In this document: positions 14,101-26,714 of the stretch, one piece after another
Layout of the letters: every line of letters starts with the position of its first letter
Position numbering within the stretch: position 1 is the first letter of the stretch
Assembly (NCBI RefSeq): GCF_001194135.2
Contig: NC_068988.1
Location: forward strand, 13,312,650 to 13,376,649
Direction: 5' to 3'
Source of the DNA: Octopus bimaculoides
Taxonomy: Eukaryota
DNA: 64,000 nucleotides
Made by a program: the position numbers and the translations under genes
Notes under the pieces: generated by a model
Databases searched by the model: none
Told to the model about the DNA's origin: nothing
Seen by the model: only the letters and a program-made list of their open reading frames with translations

Positions 14101-17100
14101 CTAGTATAGATAAGTAGATATAATACAAAAATATTTAACTGAACAAAGTGAATACAGACTCTTTTGGTAGGACAGCATCTTTGATATATGCTTTCTCTAA
14201 ACTCTGTAATGTGTTAATTACAGCATAAAGGTCAGCCATGTTGTCATATCTGAAATTATAAAAATATAAACATCATAATGAAATGGTTGTAAGAGGGAGG
14301 ATGGGGGGGGGGCAAAAACAGTCTGAACTAGGATAGGCACAATGCCTCAATGTTTGGAAGTAAAGCAGGCTGAAGATTTTATATTGATCCCCAAAACTTG
14401 ACTGAAATTTTATTATATTGGACGATGAGAGAGGAAGTACCTTGACAGGACTGGACTTGGATGATTAAGAGATATTTAGTATTCAAAGATTTTCATAATA
14501 ATCTATTTTTTGTTGCTTTAATTGATAAGGTCAGTTGTATAATTAAGGATATAAATAACTACTTACTTTTCTCTTTCACGGGCAGTGCGGTGTAGTTTCA
14601 CCTCCTACAAAGTGGAAAATAGTATAATACGATAGTTTAATGTGTGTGTGTGTGAGTGTAATTGTGTAAATATAAATCATCATCCTAATATCCATTTTTA
14701 TCATGATAGTACGAGCTGGACAAGCTCTGCTATAGCCAGTCTCAAGCCTGGTTGAGAAAAGAGGAGACTGGCAGATGCAGGGTTAGTGACCATGAACTCA
14801 GTTTTCTAAATTGCTACTGAAACACCAACAAGAGAACATGTGAAACTGGTCCTGGTAAGGGAATGTAGTCCTCAGAGATTGTGTATGAAGCAATGTAGAG
14901 AAAACCAAAAGGAAGCTATGATGTGGAACAGCCTTCTCTCACCAAAGACCAAAAAACACATGAAGATCCACAAAACTAAAGCACTGGCTGCAGCCACACC
15001 TGAGGACAACTTCGATCCATTGCCAAAGACTGAGACAGAGATCTCTTGTTGGCACTCTATGCTCCATATAGAGCCAAAGGGATTAAACTAACATGGGTTA
15101 GATAAGACATTGAGCTAATTTTTCTATGGCCAAACAGTCTTCTTCTCACCAACTGTACTTGATTCCAAGTCAGGTACCATTTCTCCTAGTCTTTTGAATA
15201 ATGACCCATTCAACAGCTAGACACGTTCTGGGGGCAGATGTAAAAACGATGACACTGATTACACGGTGATTTTATTTTTAGGCAACATGCAAACAAAATA
15301 CACACACACAACCAGGTTCTGCTCATTGTGCCATGTAGCACGAACGTATCCTCTGAAACTACATGGTTTTGAAGAGAACCTAACCCAGTGTTTCTCAACC
15401 CTTTTACCTTTGCGTAACCCTTAAAATAAATTACATGTCTCAAGGAACCCTTGCACAAAATAAATTATACACAATATCTTTCTCATATTTTTTTTATTGT
15501 AGTTGAGAAATACTAACTTAAACACACAGTTATATAGGGATCTCTGTGTGTGTGTGTGTGTGTGTACACTCACACATATGTGTATGTGTGTGTGTGTATA
15601 TATATATACACTCACTAGTATGGATAGATACATACATATATATATATGAGAGAGAGACTATATAACCCTTAATAGGTCATAGGAGTGAAACTTATGAATC
15701 ATGATCTATGTCAAGAGCAAGCCAGCCTGGTAGACCCCCTCCACTCTTCAGGCTATGTGGAGAATATTTGTCTTTATTGCCCACAGGTGCTAAACATAGA
15801 GGGGACAAACAAGGACAGACAAAGGGATTAAGTCGATTACATCGATCCCAGTGCATAACTGGTACTTATTAAATTGACCCCGAAAGGATGAAAAACAAAG
15901 TCGACCTCGGCAGAATTTGAACTTGGAACATAACGGCAGATGAAATACCGCTAAGCATTTCACCGAAGTAAATGAAATTCTCTAACTGTCAAGGACTTAA
16001 ACCACTGTCACTTAATCTTAGAACACTACATCTGACTCACGCACTAATTAAAATAGTTCGTTTCTATTAAAAGCAAAGCATATTACTCCCGTTCTACCTT
16101 CCTTTCTCTTGAGATGCTTTCACTGCATTCATTCCCTTCTTTCTCCACTTCCATGGTACCCTCCAGCCATTCTTTTATCTGGCAGTATTCACCCACCTCT
16201 CCTCCACCCTCTCCTTCTCTTTCACTGTCCTCTCTCTCTGTCACTTTAACACTCTCTCATCTCTCCCTTCACCCCCATCTGACACTGTCACTACTCTCTT
16301 AACCTGCAGTGACCCTCTCCCCACAGCCTCTCAAGTTCCTGGTCAGCCTCCACTCTTTCTCTATCACATGGTCTCTTCACACCTGCCCCATCCATATTTA
16401 TTCTTACAACTTGGGGCAGTACTGGATCCCCCTACAACAACCCATCCCACCACTCTTCTATGCTGTCCCACTTGTTCACACAAGGCCCTGACACTAACTC
16501 ATTCCCTAGCCATCTCTTCCATACAGCATCAACTCTGTTACTCTCTCAATAATAAATCTATTCCTCTCACTATATTTCACCATCTCATCACTTTGTCTCA
16601 AATCACCACCACCCTCTCTCTCTCTGTTATTCCATTCCTGTCTAGGCAGTTCTTTTTAGTTTTGGTGCTGGGACCATGGAAAACAAGCATCCACTACACT
16701 GTTAAGTAGTTGGTATTTGGAAGGACACACAAACAGAAACAATGCAAAATCTGAGACATTTAGAGGATGGTGCATAACTTACCACATTAGAACCATTTGA
16801 ACCATCTAACCCATGCTGGCATGAAAGGTGGATGTAAACTAATGATAGCGATGTATAATTTCAGTGCTTGCATGTTGTCATGATCATTCAATGTCCATTT
16901 ACCATGCTGGCATGGGCTGGGTGGTTTCACAGAATCTGGTGAGCTGCAAAGCCACATCAAACTCCACTGTCAGCATGGTTTCTATGGCCAGATATCTTTC
17001 CTAATATCAACCGCTTTACAGTGTGTACTTGGTGCTTGCCATGTAAACTTGCAAGACAGAAAAAGAACGGGGAGGGGGGGAGAAAGCTCCCACTATTAAA

Positions 17101-20100
17101 AGGGGTGTTTCAGAAGGAAAGGTGGAGGTGAGTGGCTAAAGTATGATAAGAGGCCAAGCACAGGTGTCTTGCTGTAGAGGAGATGCATGGCTGAAGGAAT
17201 CACATCTACATTTTTTGTCCAGGTAGTTTATATTAGTGAGGAACACAGGGAAAGGTTTCACTAAAACATTGCAACAAGTATAGCTTATGGTAAGAGGTTT
17301 GCTTCCCAACTGCATGGTTTCAGGTTCATTTCCACTGCATGGCACCTTGAACATGTGTCCACTGCCTCAAGCTGACCAAAGCGTTGTGAGTGGATTTGGT
17401 AGATGGAAACTGAAAGAAGCGCAGTATGCATATGTGTGTGTGTGTTTCCTTGTCTTGACATTGCCTGGCTGTTGTAAATGAAGTCATTCATTTCCAATAT
17501 TCTGCGAATAGATGTCTGGCCCGAGGAAATATTACCTTGCTTGGAAACAAGTGAGGGTTGGTAACAGGAAGGGCATTTGGCCATAGAAAATCTGCCTCAA
17601 TAAACTCCATCTGACCCTTGCAAGCATGGAAAAGTGGACATTAAAATAATGATGGTTGTAACAATGAAAAGTATCAAGGCCACTGGGATACTACACATGG
17701 CCTCTGGGGAGAAATCATGAAAGCATTCATGAAAAGTGAAATCTCTTCAAAGCACTTTCCATTTTAATTTTTTAACAGTTTCATAATTTCTGAGTTTGAC
17801 AACTATTTTATTTATTGAATACATTTATTTGGAAAATTTCAAGCAAAGTAAAGAAAATATTTCAAATGTGTCAATTATTTTACTTGTTTAGAAAATTTTT
17901 AGCAAATTAAATATGTGATAACGATGATGAAAGGAATAAAAATGAAGCTAGAATTTAGCCCTAGGTGAAATTTGCATTATGTAAAGATTTTATACAAGAC
18001 AAAAATTACTTAGGAAAATATCAATGATAGGTGGAAGTCAGGACCGTTTTTGAACTCCGCACCAGAATATACATACATACATATAGACAAAACAGAAAAA
18101 AAGGTCAGGTAAACAAAATGTGTTACTTAGTGTTATCAGGTCATGTCAGGGTTAGGGTTAGATTCATGCATTGCTGCATTCACTATTTGCAAGTATATTC
18201 TCAGGTTCTCCTGGGGGACCCATTGAGCATTGGCCCACTGAGCCTCCTCCATCTTTGCAAGATACCTCCACATCTGCAGTGACGATGTGGACTGTCATGA
18301 CCAACATGAGCCATCAACCAAGCTGGAATCTCAATGAAGAGAACACAGTAAGCAGTGACTAACTCGGAAAACTGAACAATATGGTCTAACAGGCTGAGCT
18401 TGTATGTAGTGTTATCAATCTCATCTTTCGTAGCAACTCATTAACTGAATTTATCATGAACCTTAGTTCTCACAGTGAATGCAGGCTGAGTCATAACCCA
18501 TGGAATTGTTTGTATCAAATCACAGACTCTTAACAAGATTGAGGAATATCATCATTTTAATGTCCACTCTCCCATGCTAGCATGGGTTGGAAGGAATTTG
18601 CTGAATCAGATTCTCTACAGCTGGATGCCCTTCCTATCACCAACCTTCATCTGTTTCTAAGCAAAGTAATATTTTCCCGTAGGTAACATTTTCATGGACG
18701 ATCAGAAATGAAGGACATCACTTGTATGACAGTGACACTCATTTGACATATTGTCAAGAAAAGGACACACACACACACATGCATAGATGATGGGCTTCTT
18801 TCCAGCTACAAAATCCACTCACAAGGATTTGGTCAGCCAAGGGCTACAGTGGAGACACTTGCCAAAGTTTCCACGCAATGGGACTGAACCTGGAAGCAAA
18901 CTTCTTCACCATCACAAGATTAAAAGAAAACATGCAAACGGGTATATTAATTCAATCAACATTAACTATTAAACAGTAAATATAATTCTCTGAGTGGTTG
19001 GTGTTAAGAAGGGCATCCAGCTGTAGAAACTCTGCCAAATTAGATTGGAGCCTGGTGTAGCCATCCGGTTGCACCAGTCCTCAGTCAAATCGTCCAACCC
19101 ATGCTAGCATGGAAAGCGGACGTTAAACGATGATGATGATTAAGAAAAATGTACTTACCTCATAAAGGTCAGGATTAGTGGCAGATGCTGGAAAAATAAA
19201 TTAAAAATGACTTGAAATAAAAATAATACTTGAGGGAACTGATGAAATATCAAAAAATAAAAATGGTTTAATGTACAGAATAAGAATTATATTCAATAAG
19301 AAAAAATTTGTAAATGATGAACCCAATCTTTACCCATCATGTCTCCTTCCTCATACTTTAACCTCTCATCATCTGGTATATAAACCCACCTCCCTCAATA
19401 CTACACCCATCTTGAAGGGTCTTGTCTTGCAAGTAACTTGGTGACCTCACTAGTGTCAGTGCCATGTAAAGAGCACCCAATACTCTTTATAAAGTGTTAG
19501 GCATTAGGAAGGGTATCCAGCCATAGAAACCATGCCAAAGTATGGCCGGGGTATGATGATGTGTATTCAAGAGAGCAAAGACCCACAGGTTTTTTACCCT
19601 TTTGAGAGAGAGAATGATTAGGAAAGTTAAAAGCAGAAAGACTGTCAGAGAAAAGTAAGTTGAAGTTGTAGAAGATGTTTTGTTGAAGAGGAAAGGAAAA
19701 TGAAAGATCATGGAAAAAGGGAACAACTCCCTCTTTACGTCTCACTGTTGATGGTTCCACCTGTTTACTAGAAACATTACTGACTCACACTTCTACCACA
19801 ACTTCCCCCTCTGTACCTTCTCATACTAAAACTGCCATCCCATTCTCACAATTTCTTCACATCTGTCAACAATATAGTAAAGATTTGGATCTTCATTCAA
19901 AGTCTAAGAAAATGCTCATAGGGTTACCTTTGGAGCATTAGTCAACCCCTCGATGCAGTGATCCAAGATTAATGACAAAACTTCTACATTTTTACTTTAT
20001 ACTCATGCATACACAAAAACAGACTTCCCTTTCTTATAATCTTTCATTTGTCTGCCCAACATCTTCAATGAATCATCCTCTACAATTTCCATCCTCTCCT

Positions 20101-21380
20101 CTCACTGTTTTTGTCTTTCCCAATCCTCCCCTCCTCTATTCCAAGAGGAACAAAACCTGTAGAGTATCTTAGTTAGAAGCCACCCTCCCAACTGTAACAC
20201 ACAGCTCAGCACCTTCAAAATGCTCTCATTCTGCTGGATATACTTCTCTCTACATCTCCACAACAGGTTAATAACTGGCTCAAAAACTCAATTAATTCCA
20301 TGTCACTGACTAATTTGATTGAATTTCCACAAACCTCATATATTACATCCAATGTACTCATTTCATCATCTGCCCAGAATGCAAACAAATCTTGCAGTTT
20401 CCTAAAAATTTTACTCTTTCAATGACTCACAATGAAGTTGTCACGGTAAAAATATTTACTTAATTCACATTTTTCGTGACAGTTCTACTTGGTTTGACCA
20501 AGTTTAACCCTTCTGATACCAACCCACTTGAGCTTCCCCTCCCTTTGGTTCTCTGATACAAACTTCCTGTCTTTAAGGGATCTAAACTAAAACCTTCCAT
20601 TAAAATTTCATCTTATGTTCTAAATGTCATCCTAATAATGACAAAGTTATTTTACTAAATGCATGATTGTTTTCAAAATCATTTGAGACAGAAATATGGT
20701 AACAAAAGGATTAAAGACTTATCCATAATTGGCAGCAGTTCCCTAGCTACCAACTGCTGCAACTCTTGCAAATTAAAACACCTAGCCTCACGCTTTTCCT
20801 TGACATTTTTGAAGATGCAAGCTTTTTTTCCGCTCATGTTGGGCGAAACTTTCTTTGATTAATTTGTGTGTGGAAGTATTCATGAGGGAGTACCATACTT
20901 TTATTTTGTCTTTAGGAAAACACTTTCAACTTCGCTTTTATTTTGGGGCATTAGTCAGTGAAATAACAAGGAAAGTAAAAGTATGTAAAATTGTTGTCAG
21001 TAGTTATCTTTCGTCATTTTTTTCCATTTTACTCTTTTGCAAATTTTTTTGCATAACGAAATATATTCTAACTTAACATTTAAACAATTTTCACGGTCGA
21101 ACAACATCCAAGGCTAGAAGCAACAAGAGGAAGGATGAAACGAGAGAAACGCGATCTAAAAAATTGTTTAGGAACAGCCAACAATAACTGAGCACGAATG
21201 TGAAGGGTACCTAAAGGATCAAAAACGGCAATGAAAGAATTCCAGTAATATATATATCGACACACGTACATATATGTATATATATATATACACACACACA
21301 CTTAAGAAATGAGATATAAAACATCAAATAATACATATACCTCAGTATACATGTGTAGATAGGGACAAGTTTATACGTAG

Positions 21381-21420
<40 letters not shown>

Positions 21421-21953
21421 NNNNNNNNNNATACAAATGTAGTTTAATGTGTTACACCCATATTCATATCAACCAAGGCTATACTGTAAGGCTTAGAATA
21501 AGTTTCCCATCACAGTAAAAAGCCTAATGTCTTATTTTATATTTAAAACATAAATTAAAATATAAACAATTCCATAAATATATCTTAATGTCTTAGAGAC
21601 ACATTAGACACATTAAAGGTGTTTATAGTTTTTCGATACAATTATCTGAACTTATTATAATTTTGTATTTTTACAACCTAAATTAAGACGTTAAATGTGG
21701 CTGGGGGAAGTTTATATAAAGATTAAAACATTGAAACATCGTTGATAAAACATCAGAAATGAAATAAAAATGTATTTTCTAAAAGATAATCAACGGAAAT
21801 AACATTGCTTTGCCGACATAAACAATAATTGGAGGAAGACAAAGTGAAAGAAATGGGGTGATTTAAAGCGATTAAACGTAGACTAGATAAATATGAAGCT
21901 ATAGAAATGAACTAACCTGCTCCATGGGAGTTTTGTGGTATCTGGGCAAACAT
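8008..21953 (-). CDS. VPS28: Vacuolar protein sorting 28 (ESCRT-I subunit), complete, 9 coding exons, 223 aa
   Basis: Minus-strand exons 21917-21953, 19159-19187, 14567-14604, 14160-14249, 12304-12409, 10785-10886, 10451-10504, 8853-8944, 8008-8131 (672 nt). Product: [81 protein letters not shown]...[24 protein letters not shown]...[24 protein letters not shown]. Clear recalled VPS28 motifs. Confidence 0.97.
8853..8944 (-). CDS. VPS28: VPS28 exon 8 ([31 protein letters not shown])
   Basis: tag acceptor, gtttgt donor, 92 nt. Confidence 0.94.
10451..10504 (-). CDS. VPS28: VPS28 exon 7 ([18 protein letters not shown])
   Basis: cag acceptor, gtaagc donor, 54 nt. Confidence 0.95.
10785..10886 (-). 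CDS. VPS28: VPS28 exon 6 ([34 protein letters not shown])
   Basis: cag acceptor, gtaagt donor, 102 nt. Confidence 0.95.
12304..12409 (-). CDS. VPS28: VPS28 exon 5 ([16 protein letters not shown]...FMKKYR)
   Basis: cag acceptor, gtaagt donor, 106 nt. Confidence 0.95.
12850..12985 (+). mobile_element. RTE-type LINE reverse transcriptase C-terminal relic
   Basis: Translates [43 protein letters not shown], fitting the FxYLGSxIxxDG...RIxKA motif. Confidence 0.65.
14160..14249 (-). CDS. VPS28: VPS28 exon 4 ([30 protein letters not shown])
   Basis: cag acceptor, gtctgt donor, 90 nt. Confidence 0.93.
14567..14604 (-). CDS. VPS28: VPS28 exon 3 ([13 protein letters not shown])
   Basis: tttgtag acceptor, gtaagt donor, 38 nt. 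Confidence 0.92.
15386..15515. mobile_element. hAT (Charlie-like) MITE
   Basis: CAGTGTTTCTCAACC ... GTTGAGAAATACTA ends; flanks ACCTAACC / ACTTAAAC match 6 of 8 as a possible TSD. Confidence 0.5.
18990..19140 (+). mobile_element. Short retroposon 3' module ending in (GAT)n
   Basis: AGGAAGGGCATCCAGCTGTAGAAAC...CCAACCCATGCTAGCATGGAAAGCGGACGTTAAACGATGATGATGAT; recurs at about 4150-4280, 13350-13480, 53150-53540, 59100-59195, 60550-60695. Confidence 0.7.
19159..19187 (-). CDS. VPS28: VPS28 exon 2 ([10 protein letters not shown])
   Basis: tttttccag acceptor, gtaagt donor, 29 nt. Confidence 0.88.
20504..20714. mobile_element. piggyBac-type MITE
   Basis: TTAA-CCCTTCTGATACCA ... TGGTAACAAAAGGA-TTAA; related fragments near 6353-6470 and 55735-55775. 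Confidence 0.6.
21421..21430. other. Assembly gap (10 N)
   Basis: N run next to (TA)n in VPS28 intron 1. Confidence 1.
21917..21953 (-). CDS. VPS28: VPS28 first coding exon ([12 protein letters not shown])
   Basis: ATG at 21953-21951, donor CAG|gttagt, 37 nt, phase fits next exon. Confidence 0.85.
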
Positions 21954-22396
21954 TGTCTCCTCCACAAACTAGCAGGAGGAAGACAAGACGAACGAACACA
22001 GTTTGGATGGGAGAAGAAACAGTCTGGACAAGAATTGGAGGAAGAACGATAAATCTGGATGGCTTTGATATCTGACAATGAATCATCAAAACTACAGTAG
22101 CACTTAAGTGCAATAATATCGAACGGCGTTTTTAACCATTTTAACTGTCTGCGAATGAACTTCAAAAATAAGTACTAGTTGAGCACTGACATTGATGTAA
22201 TCGACTAGCCCTTCCTTCCACCCATATTTTAGGTTTTTGCCTTTCATCCTTCCAGGTCAATAAAATAAGTACCAGTCGATGTAATTGCTTTACTCCCTCT
22301 CCTGAAATTGCTGGCCCTGTGCCCAAATTTGAAACCAATATTATTATAATTAATATTTAATTCTATATTTGTGAGATGAAGGATTTGTATTATGTA

Positions 22397-22906
22397 TACT
22401 GTTTATATTAGTCAGATTGGTGTCTTAATCTTGATTGTTGATTTCACTGTTTCAGCTTTTGTACACTCCAGACCTCTTAAGGTGTCTTGTGTTGAACTTG
22501 GTTGTTATATCTGAATTTCAAACTAAACCCTTTATTTGATTCATGGGATACACTGTCCTCATTCTGCTCCATGTTTTGTGACATTTTTTTGTGAAGTATG
22601 GGCATAGGGTAGTAGATAAAGACATTGGTTAATGTAGTGCAGTCACCTAGAGGTTCTGAGTTCAATCCCAAGCAAGGCACTAAGGTAATTCACAAAAAAA
22701 AATCAACTGAAGCAAAAAAAAAAAATGTCACAAAACACAGAGAGCAGCATGATAACAGTGTACCCCCATGGATCAAATAAAAGATTAGGTTTGAAATTCC
22801 AATACAACAACCAAGCTCAACACAAAACACCCAAAGAAGGCTGGAGTACAACAGCTGAAACAGTGAAATCAAGATGAGGACACCAGTTCAACTAATATAA
22901 ACAGTA
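22397..22906. mobile_element. Fold-back/MITE-like element with ~155-bp imperfect terminal inverted repeats
   Basis: 22397-22556 is the approximate reverse complement of 22755-22906; both ends TA. Confidence 0.7.
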
Positions 22907-24599
22907 AACATATTTTTGTTGTTGTTGCTTTGTTCCAAGTCTCAACCAAAGACCTTGAATAAGTTTGACATTTTGTTGTGGATGTTATTTATGAGTAGCA
23001 ATGATATAAGTCTTTTATATGATTTATGTAAGATAAATCTGTATGCCTGCAACCTTATGGTCAGCAAAGATCAACAAGAGCTGCCTTCATGCAATCACTT
23101 CATTAATGTCTCTTCAATCAGCAATATTATCAGGTTAATTTGATTAGATATAATATCTTCCTTATATAGTCAATATGTTTGATTGAATTAACCTTCTCTC
23201 ACTAAGATTCCATGATATTGATTACAAAAATAATCAATATAATGAAATCTTAGTGAGAGAAAAACCTTTGAATTGTTGCAGGAAAAAAAATTACGTTCTC
23301 ATTTTTGTGTATTAGGAATTCGATGATATGAGCTGTGTTGTTCATGAATAGAGGGTTGAGGGAAGAACGAATGGTGATATCTTCAGCACTGGAGTACTTA
23401 TTGCTGTTTAGCTCAAGGCACACTGTGATTGAACAGATCTATGATCTAAGGAATTCTTGTCACGATAATCCAGTATTTTTTTAGGAATATTTTAGATATT
23501 GCTTTATCTAATGTTTTCATCACTATTTTTAAGATATGATTTATTTTGTTATTTCTAACAGTTCAAGCAACTGGAAATATTTTCCCCCATTTTGGCCCAT
23601 AGCAGTGTATGTGGTTGGAGATGGCAGCAAACCTCCAGCTGATATTTGGTATAATATGTCAGATGCTCCTCAACCACCCAGTTCATGTCTTTTCTCTGCT
23701 TAATTCAATATTATGATTGAGGATCTCAAAAAAATCAATATTTCAAAAAGCAGGAAATCAATACTGTCAGAAATCATGTTACTGTTTCTCTTTTCCATCT
23801 TGTGTTTCCAATTCAGCATTTTTTTTTTTTTTACTTTTTTAACATTGTTCTTAATTGCTCATGACAATAAGACAAAAGAAAAGAAAAGAAAAAGAAAAGA
23901 AAGCTTTCCTACCTTCCATTTCCAATTGTGTGTGATTGCTTTATCTTATTGTGAAAATAAATGGAACATTCTCTGTAATTAAAAGTTACAAGTTCATAAA
24001 ATAGTGCCAAATGCTCGGAGCAAATAAGAAAATAACATCACATAAAATGAATATGTATTATAATACGGAACAGAATTTTAAAGATATAATAAAATATGTG
24101 AATAGTTTTTTTTTATCTTTCTTTACCATTATTGACCTCAAATTACTTAAGCTATTAAACTCTACCAATAAATCCGCCCCACCCACTTTTTCCATCTACC
24201 AAATCCACTCATGTGATTTCAGTTTGCCTGGGGTTATAGTAAAAAAAAGAACACTTTCCCAAGATGACATGATGTGAAACTGAACCTGAGACCATGCAGT
24301 TTGGTTTCAGGTTCATAACCACACAGTCATAGAACTTTTATTTGATTTGGCTTTTCCTCACCTCTTTGATTCTATCTCCTTAGTATTTATTTCTCATTTC
24401 AGTAATTATAATTTTACTTTTATAATGACTCAATGGTTATAAATTTTTGTAATTATTCAGAATTTCTTTTTCTTTCATATACATATGAAAGAATATTTAT
24501 CAAGATTTTTTTCTGAATTGCTAGAAAGGGGTTTATAAGTTTTTAATTCTGTGCCACACAAAAGACTTATGGCAAAACTCTGCAATGAGTGTGAAAGAT

Positions 24600-24720
24600 G
24601 ATCTTTTTAACTGGTTAGAGTCCTTCATTCTTAGCCAAAAAGAGGTGGTCACGGTTCTAAGACAGCATTCTTCACCCTATGAGATGTCATCTGGTGTACT
24701 GCAGGGATCTGTTCTTATAT
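24600..24720 (+). mobile_element. CR1/L2/Jockey-type RT relic
   Basis: Translates FNWLESFILSQKEVVTVLRQHSSPYEMSSGVLQGSVL (SGVPQGSVL motif). Confidence 0.6.
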
Positions 24721-26310
24721 ATATATAATTTTTATAGAAACCAGCTGTGTTTCTATTTATTTATTTATTGGTTTATTTATTTATTTTGTATTACCATGGA
24801 GTAGTATTTTAATTTCTAAGTTATGAGCTTGTCATGCGAGTTTCCTGTTGGTGTTTGTTTTATTGTTGAAGATCATTGTTGTGTATTATAAAAGAAGAAA
24901 ACTCAAACAATGTAAATGATTTGCTGCGTTGGCTATCAAGGAAAGAAAAATGCAGATAGTATAACCACCAGTTGGGAGGAGAAAACCATGCTGTGTCTTG
25001 TTGAAGGCTGACTGCTGTACATTGTGTCCGAAGCCATCTCTAGCTCAAGGTGGTCTGTTTGGTGAGTTAGGTACCAAACTGTTTAAGGAGGGTAAAAAGG
25101 GGACAGATTTTAGAACATCCAAGAATCCATGTCATGTTACAACTTCATGCTGCTTGATCAACTTATTGATCAATCATACTCGTGATCTCTAACTGATTAT
25201 TTTGTGGTTGGGGTTTGAATCCCTACCAACCCATCATGGACAACCGGCAATCTAATCCTCTCAATGTATACAAATGGAAGCATGGTTGAGAAATTTGCGT
25301 TACAAACATAATTCTGGGTTTAACTCCACTGAATGGCATTTCAAGACAGGAACTTCTAGAGCAGTGTTGAGTTAATCCAAATCTTGGGAGTGAAATTCTA
25401 TAGACAGAAACTGTATGAAAGTTTGAATTTACTATATCTGTTCTTGGGTGGCAAACTTAATCCATCACCTGGTTTAATCTCACCATGTGACCCGTGGATA
25501 ACTTTAGCAGAGCTCACTTTATTTGCAAGCATGAGAAACAAATTTCTGCATTGAGGATAACTTGTGAGCCATGATTTCTTTCTCTCATTTTCTTTATAGT
25601 TCACTGAGACATTACAAAAGACCATGAGTGCTGTCCTCATTCATCTGATTACCATATTTGATGGCTTAAAAGGTGCATATTTCTTTTAAAATGTCTCAAA
25701 GAATCACCCTGAGTGCTATATGTGAAGTTGGGCCTCTCATTAGCTAATATTATTCCTGATGAATATGTGTGGCTGCAATTAGGGTACATCTAACATGCCC
25801 ATTTGTCTTTTATATAGTAAGTCATAAAGACAATTTACAAAATTTATTGTTATAATCTGCATTTTTCTGTCAGTTAATGAGGTCAATGTTAACCAGTCCC
25901 AAACTGGTTTCGATCATTATTATACATCATGAACGGGAATTGCAAAAGGATAAAAAAATAAAAAAACCCATTATGAATGCTATTTTGTTTTCTCCGTCAA
26001 CTTCCTATGAAAATCAGAATTTTATATTTTGCTCACATCTTGATAGCAAGGTGCAAAATCATTTGGTGACATAATTACATAGTGTCTCTGCACACTTGTT
26101 CACATATGTAAATTCCATCTCACAATTTACTTTATTAAAGCTATCTTATGTTAGTTTTTATGTAAATCTTATGATCACAATACAACAGTAAAACTGATAT
26201 TCTCTCTCTCTTTTACACACACACATACACATATGAAGACATATGTATAGTATATACGAACATAGATGCATGCCTACATACATACACACACACACACACA
26301 ATAAATATAT

Positions 26311-26392
26311 NNNNNNNNNNNNNNNNNNNNNNNNNNNNNNNNNNNNNNNNNNNNNNNNNNNNNNNNNNNNNNNNNNNNNNNNNNNNNNNNNN
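26311..26392. other. Assembly gap (82 N)
   Basis: N run flanked by (TA)n. Confidence 1.
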
Positions 26393-26714
26393 ATATATAT
26401 ATATGTCTGCAAGTGTGTGGGTACAGTGGGATTGACACAGCCATCATGCAGTGGTATTGACACAGCCATTAAGTCAGTTTCACAGAGGAGTGGCTAATAG
26501 GATTCACTTGTGTCTGGCGACTTTTATCTTTTACTTGTTTCAGTAATCATGTCGGGGCACTATTTTGAATGGTTTAGTCAAACAAACTAACCCCATTACT
26601 TACTTTTAAAGCCCAGTACTCATTCTATTGGCCTCTTTTGCTGAACTATTAAGTTATGGAAATAAACAAACACTGGTTGTCAAGCAATGACTACACAAAC
26701 ACATGCTCATACAC

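Noticed and set aside
14602-14607. NAGNAG acceptor (TAG-GAG) at VPS28 exon 3, and CAG-GAG at the SR gene last exon
   Set aside because: GAG is a rarely used acceptor and the proximal site gives the conserved protein.
16114-16709. Cluster of S/P/L/H-rich ORFs
   Set aside because: Translation of CT-rich low-complexity repeat DNA; similar tracts occur near 19590-20250, 51690-52000 and 59290-59580.
21883-22165. Two 76-88 aa ORFs over the VPS28 start
   Set aside because: They overlap the 5' leader and first exon in other frames and use non-ATG starts.
24880-25700. Coding-looking intergenic DNA (ORFs 24998..25192 and 25398..25640)
   Set aside because: No recognisable motif or consistent exon chain; probably decayed repeat sequence.
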